From an uncultured bacterium (GTDB taxonomy: Bacteria; Patescibacteriota; JACMRA01): a DNA stretch of 64,000 nucleotides. The stretch spans positions 1,120,001-1,184,000 of the forward strand of contig OY969926.1 of assembly GCA_963704645.1 (NCBI GenBank), read 5' to 3'. This document shows positions 59,151-64,000 of the stretch, piece by piece (position 1 is the stretch's first letter; each line of letters starts with the position of its first letter). Both the position numbers and the translations under genes were made by a program. The notes beneath the pieces were generated by a model. That model saw only the letters and a program-made list of their open reading frames with translations. It searched no databases and was not told the origin of the DNA.

Positions 59151-62100
59151 ATGTTTTTTAAAAAAATTAAAAGCTTTGATTGGAAAAAAACTTTTAATAG
59201 AATATTTAAATCCAAGAATAAACCTTCTTCTAAGGATGTTTATTTTGTTTCTAAAAAACAATCCACTAACCCTAATTTGAAAAATAGATTAAAATTTTTT
59301 ATAGTAAAATATAGGTGGATAATTATTTTTGTTGCTGCAGTAATTGTTATAGGAACAATAGCTAACGCTGTTTTGCAATATCAAAGAATAGCTAAAGCAA
59401 ACGCACCTACTATTACCTCTATCACACCCAATTCTAGTTCTATACTTGGTGGAGCAGAGGTTACTATTAATGGAACTAACTTTTCCCAGGGTGGACCCCA
59501 AAGAATTATTACAATTACAAATCCAGGAAGTACAATTACTAACTATGAGGGTAACTTTAATTTAGATACAGCAAGTTTGATAAGTGCGAATAAATTAAGA
59601 TCTGATTGTGGTGATATAAGAATTAAAGATTCTGATGGAAATACCGATTTAAACTATTGGATTGATGGACAATGTAATTCTAGTTCAACTGTTGTTTGGT
59701 TTAAGAAACCCAGCCTTCCAACTGGAAATAGCACTGTGGTTTTAAAGTACAACAACCCAAGTTTAACCAGCCTTAGTAATATTGCTAATTTTAGTTTTGG
59801 AAGTGTTTTAGCTGGAACCAATAACAAACTTTGGTTAAGTGCTAATAATATTACAACATCTACGGCTTTTACGCCTAGTTTTGAAAATGTGGATGGGGTA
59901 ACAGTTAACGGAGGAGATTTAAGCAATACTGGAACTGCCAATAGCTGGATTAATGGAGCAACCTCTGTTCAAAGCATTAGCAGCGGCAATGGCTATGTAT
60001 CAAGCACTATTCTAGAAAATAACACTTACAGAATGTTTGGTTTGTCTAAGGGAAATAGTAATTCAAGTTATACAGATATTGATTTTGCCATGTACCCAGC
60101 TAACGACGGAAATATATACGTCTACGAAGGTGGTAGTGGTATTACAAGTTTAGGGACTTATTCAAACGGCGATGTATTAAGTGTGGAGGCTAGTGGAGAT
60201 AAAATTTTATATAAGAAAAATGGAATTACTCTTTATGTAAGCGGGGCTACTTTGACATCAAATAGTTACCCATTACTTTTTGACAGTTCTTTATATTCAG
60301 CTGGTGCCACTTTGAAAGATGTGAAAATTTGTATTGGTATTTGTGATGGATCTAGCATACAAACTTGGAATGACAGAAGTGGAAATGGAAATAATGCTAC
60401 TCAAACTACAGTCGCAAATAGGCCGCAAATAAAAACCAATATTCAGAATGGAAAGCCTGCGATTCAGTTTGACGGAAATAATGACAGGATGCAATTTACT
60501 CCGCTGACACTTTCTAGTGATAACGCCTTTTACACTGCATTTACCCCTAGGCCAAGCTCTGACACGTATGGAGCTGTTTTTTCTGAAAATAATATTAGAG
60601 GTTTTTACTATCGTGGATCAACCAGATTAATGAGTTATTATTATAGTTCTTCTGATCACCATAATACAACACCAATAATAGAAAATTTGGCCAATGTTTA
60701 TGGTTCAAATAGTGTTTTTGGAAATGTAGCATATTACCTTAACGGATCAAGCAATGGTACAAGCTCTGCATCTACTGGTTTTAGTGCTGATACTATTGGT
60801 GATGATGATTCTAGCGAAACATTTAAGGGTGATATACTGGAATTATTTTCATTTAACGCTTCTTTACCTGAGCAAGATCGTCAAAGTGTAGAAACTTATC
60901 TAAACTCAAAATATAATCTTTATGGCACAAACCCAACGCTAAGTATTGCCAGTGAAAGCATTACAACAGCATCTATTAGTTTTGGTGGAAATGTTGGAAC
61001 TAATCTGCAATATATTTCCCCTACACAGGTTAAAATTACAGTCCCAGCTTCTACATTACCTGGTAATAAAAATGGCTCTGTAGACGTTGTTCTTGTTAAC
61101 CCCGACGGTAGTAGTGTTACTTTAACTAATGGATTTAGTTATGGCGATCCAATTATCACTTCTATCACTCCAAACAGTGGAAATACACTTGGAGGGTATG
61201 AAGTAACAATAAATGGAACAAATTTTGCGAAAAGTGGAATAGAAAGAGCAGTTGCAATAAATAATCCTGGATTAAGCATTAATAACTATGAAGGAAAATT
61301 AACCTTAGACACCGCAAGCCTTATAACTGCAGGGAAATTAAGATCTGATTGCGGGGATATTAGAATTAAAGATAACAATGGAACTACAGACCTAGGTTAT
61401 TGGTTAGAAAGTGGATGTAATACTTCTAGCACTATAATTTGGTTTAAAAAAACTAGCCTACCAAACGGTAGTAGTAATATTTACTTGAAGTATGGCCTGC
61501 CTGAATTAACCAGTCAAAGTAATATTTCTAATGTATCTTTTGCTTCTGTATTGGCGGGTAGCAATGTAAAGTTTAGAATGAGTGCTGAAAATGCCTTAAC
61601 TGCCACTGAATTTACACCATCTTTTACCGATATTGTTGGTACTTCTGTTAACAATGGTACAATTGCAAGCACGGCTAGTACTGGCTGGGGTAATAGTGGA
61701 CTTATTTCTAGTCAAACTATAGACTCTGGAAATGGTTATGTTTCAGCAAAATTGATCGACACCAATTCTGAAAGAATGTTTGGACTAGCAAAAAATAATA
61801 CATCTGCACATTACAATGATATTGACTTTGCCATATACCCTTCTTCAGATGGTAATTTAAGGGTGTATGAGTCAGGAAACTTTATAACTAGCATAGGAAC
61901 TTACACAGCTAACGATATTTTAAGTGTTGAGGCTACTGGCGATAAAATTGTTTACAAGAAAAATGGCCTTGTTTTATATACAAGTTCAATTACTTTAACC
62001 TCAGCTAATTATCCATTAACCCTAGATACTTCACTTTATAATACAGGTTCAACATTAAGCGACATTAAAATGTGTGTTGGAATTTGTAATTTATCTAGCA

Positions 62101-64000
62101 TTCAGACACTTACTGACATTTCATCGAACGCTAATAATGCCACTCAAAATACTGCGGGCAGCAGACCTACAATATACTCAAGTGCGTTTAGTGGAAAACC
62201 AGCAATTCGTTTTGATGGTGTAAATGATACTTTATACCTATCAAATAACGCGGCAGTTGCTCAATATATAACAGTTTTTAAATCAAATGTAGCTAATTTC
62301 AACAATTATGGATCGGTTTTAGAAAATGTTTCAGGCGGTAGAATGGGTCTTTTTGAACCTGGAACAAACCAATTTCACGGCGGCCCATATCCTTTAGCTG
62401 TAAGAAAAAATGGTACAAGTTTAACCTCACCATTTAATCTTGGAGGTATTACATTACCAATGGTTATGACACTAAACACTGCCAACCCTATTAGTGTGAG
62501 ACCAATGCAACTTGGAGCAATGGAAAACAGCTATTTTGCCAACATAGACATTGCCGAAATAATTGCCTTTGGAACTGCAAATAGTAATTCTGAAGTTCAG
62601 TCTTTAGAGAATTATTTAAATTTAAAATATAATATCTCAAGTACAAACCCTACACTTACCATTGGCTCTGAATCTGGCAATGCTGGAAATGGAGGCCTAA
62701 CTTTTGGAGGAAACTCTGCAACAAATATTCAATACATTTCTTCTGCCGAAATTAAAGCAAAAGTTCCAGCATCATCATTGCCAGGCAGTAAAAGTGGTTC
62801 TGTAGATGTAGTATTTACCAATCCTAATGGAATTAGTACCACTTTAATCAATGGTTTTAGTTATTTATCGCCAAGTATTTCTTCTATTACACCAAATTCC
62901 AGTGCCACACTTGGAGGAATAGAGGTAACTATAAACGGAGCAAATTTTGCCAATAGTGGCTATAAAAAACTTTTAACCATTACAAATTCTGGTGGCAGTG
63001 CTAGTAATGTTAAAACTTCTGTTTTGGTAGATACAGCAAGTTTAATTTCTGCAGGAAAAATGCGTAATGATTGCGGCGATCTTCGTATAAAAAATAATGA
63101 TGAAAGCATAAATTTGAATTATTGGATAGAACAAGGTTGCAACACTAGCTCTACTTTAATTCACATTTCCATACCAAGTTTATCTGTGGGAGAAAATATC
63201 TTTTACTTGAAATATGGCGACTCTGTGCTTGTTTCTGAAAGTAGCAGAGACGCTGTATATCCTGTTTTTGCAACAAATTCTAGTTCTTTAAAACAATGGA
63301 TAAAGTCTACAGACGGTACCAGTACCACAACAAACGGAGCTACTGTAACCAGTATTGAAGATAAATCTGGAAATAATAATAATTGGAGTGTTCAAAGTGG
63401 TTATTCTGGTGCAACTTATAATCCAACCGGGTTGAACGGTAAACCAAGCTTGTCTTTCAATGGTTCAAACAGTTACCAGTTTACAAATAGGTTAACTGAT
63501 ATTCGTACTGTGATAATGTTTTGGAACGAGACAGCTGCAGGAAGCGGATCTGGTTCGTTTATACTTGGAGATACCAGTAGTTACGACTTCCATAGAAGTG
63601 GAAATAATTATCTTGCAAACTGTTACAATTCTTATGTTTGCAATGGAACTTTTAGAATAAACGGCACAGGTGTAGCGCCAACTTCAGCTCAAGCAGTTTA
63701 TAATTCTCCTGTAATTTTATCTATAATTACAAATGGTGGCACTGCGGCGGCCAATACATTTGATAAAGATAGAACATATCATGGTCCGTTTATTGGTCAA
63801 TTTGGTGAGAGTATGATATTTAACCAGTCACTTTCAGTTGATGATGTTGCAAGTTTGGAACAATATATTAGTGCAAAATATAGCTTAAACAGCACTTACA
63901 ATTTGGTCTTAGGAGGTGAATCTGGAAGCGGAAACGGAAGTATTAGCTTTGGAGGAAACCCTGCAACTAATATTCAATTTATTTCATCAAATCAGCTTAA
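59151..64000 (+). CDS. Giant surface protein, partial (>1600 aa; repeated IPT/TIG-DUF2341-LamG-like modules)
   Basis: Frame from ATG 59151 appears open to the window end (read at the start, the module junctions and the end; not in the ORF track); N-terminal TM; three modules beginning P.I.SITPNS..LGG.EVTING.NF, each with LRSDCGDIRI-like DUF2341 motif. Confidence 0.85.
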   Translation, partial: MFFKKIKSFDWKKTFNRIFKSKNKPSSKDVYFVSKKQSTNPNLKNRLKFFIVKYRWIIIFVAAVIVIGTIANAVLQYQRIAKANAPTITSITPNSSSILGGAEVTINGTNFSQGGPQRIITITNPGSTITNYEGNFNLDTASLISANKLRSDCGDIRIKDSDGNTDLNYWIDGQCNSSSTVVWFKKPSLPTGNSTVVLKYNNPSLTSLSNIANFSFGSVLAGTNNKLWLSANNITTSTAFTPSFENVDGVTVNGGDLSNTGTANSWINGATSVQSISSGNGYVSSTILENNTYRMFGLSKGNSNSSYTDIDFAMYPANDGNIYVYEGGSGITSLGTYSNGDVLSVEASGDKILYKKNGITLYVSGATLTSNSYPLLFDSSLYSAGATLKDVKICIGICDGSSIQTWNDRSGNGNNATQTTVANRPQIKTNIQNGKPAIQFDGNNDRMQFTPLTLSSDNAFYTAFTPRPSSDTYGAVFSENNIRGFYYRGSTRLMSYYYSSSDHHNTTPIIENLANVYGSNSVFGNVAYYLNGSSNGTSSASTGFSADTIGDDDSSETFKGDILELFSFNASLPEQDRQSVETYLNSKYNLYGTNPTLSIASESITTASISFGGNVGTNLQYISPTQVKITVPASTLPGNKNGSVDVVLVNPDGSSVTLTNGFSYGDPIITSITPNSGNTLGGYEVTINGTNFAKSGIERAVAINNPGLSINNYEGKLTLDTASLITAGKLRSDCGDIRIKDNNGTTDLGYWLESGCNTSSTIIWFKKTSLPNGSSNIYLKYGLPELTSQSNISNVSFASVLAGSNVKFRMSAENALTATEFTPSFTDIVGTSVNNGTIASTASTGWGNSGLISSQTIDSGNGYVSAKLIDTNSERMFGLAKNNTSAHYNDIDFAIYPSSDGNLRVYESGNFITSIGTYTANDILSVEATGDKIVYKKNGLVLYTSSITLTSANYPLTLDTSLYNTGSTLSDIKMCVGICNLSSIQTLTDISSNANNATQNTAGSRPTIYSSAFSGKPAIRFDGVNDTLYLSNNAAVAQYITVFKSNVANFNNYGSVLENVSGGRMGLFEPGTNQFHGGPYPLAVRKNGTSLTSPFNLGGITLPMVMTLNTANPISVRPMQLGAMENSYFANIDIAEIIAFGTANSNSEVQSLENYLNLKYNISSTNPTLTIGSESGNAGNGGLTFGGNSATNIQYISSAEIKAKVPASSLPGSKSGSVDVVFTNPNGISTTLINGFSYLSPSISSITPNSSATLGGIEVTINGANFANSGYKKLLTITNSGGSASNVKTSVLVDTASLISAGKMRNDCGDLRIKNNDESINLNYWIEQGCNTSSTLIHISIPSLSVGENIFYLKYGDSVLVSESSRDAVYPVFATNSSSLKQWIKSTDGTSTTTNGATVTSIEDKSGNNNNWSVQSGYSGATYNPTGLNGKPSLSFNGSNSYQFTNRLTDIRTVIMFWNETAAGSGSGSFILGDTSSYDFHRSGNNYLANCYNSYVCNGTFRINGTGVAPTSAQAVYNSPVILSIITNGGTAAANTFDKDRTYHGPFIGQFGESMIFNQSLSVDDVASLEQYISAKYSLNSTYNLVLGGESGSGNGSISFGGNPATNIQFISSNQL

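Overview
AT-rich bacterial chromosomal segment, read with the standard genetic code. It is probably from a Patescibacteria/CPR-type organism; this is inferred from housekeeping genes without Shine-Dalgarno motifs, phosphoketolase plus acetate kinase fermentation, giant Cys-rich surface proteins and a short Rel protein. Conserved genes include prmC, radA, an NRAMP transporter, a peroxiredoxin, ABC transporters, ackA, xfp, ssb, hisS, rel, a Pif1-like helicase, an FtsI-like PBP and a tRNA-Ile with a UAU anticodon. Defence and mobile content comprises a type II R-M pair, a VapBC pair, two antitoxin-less PemK/MazF genes, a complete IS481-family element and a REP-associated Y1 transposase with many GTAG-type REPs. 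A giant surface-protein ORF missing from the ORF track runs off the right end (59151->64000). The best candidate for an undescribed system is the pair of orphan PemK/MazF genes: each is followed by a convergent promoter that would make a ~50-nt two-hairpin RNA with a compensatory base change between the two loci (candidate RNA antitoxin). Other highlights: about 12 solitary orphan genes with their own promoter, SD and shared terminators; REPs inserted in-frame into proteins and supplying stop codons; stand-alone LepA and LigA fragments; a patch of anomalous codon usage inside ackA; and a leader-peptide attenuator in front of a GNAT gene. All product calls come from motif recognition by eye, without database searches.
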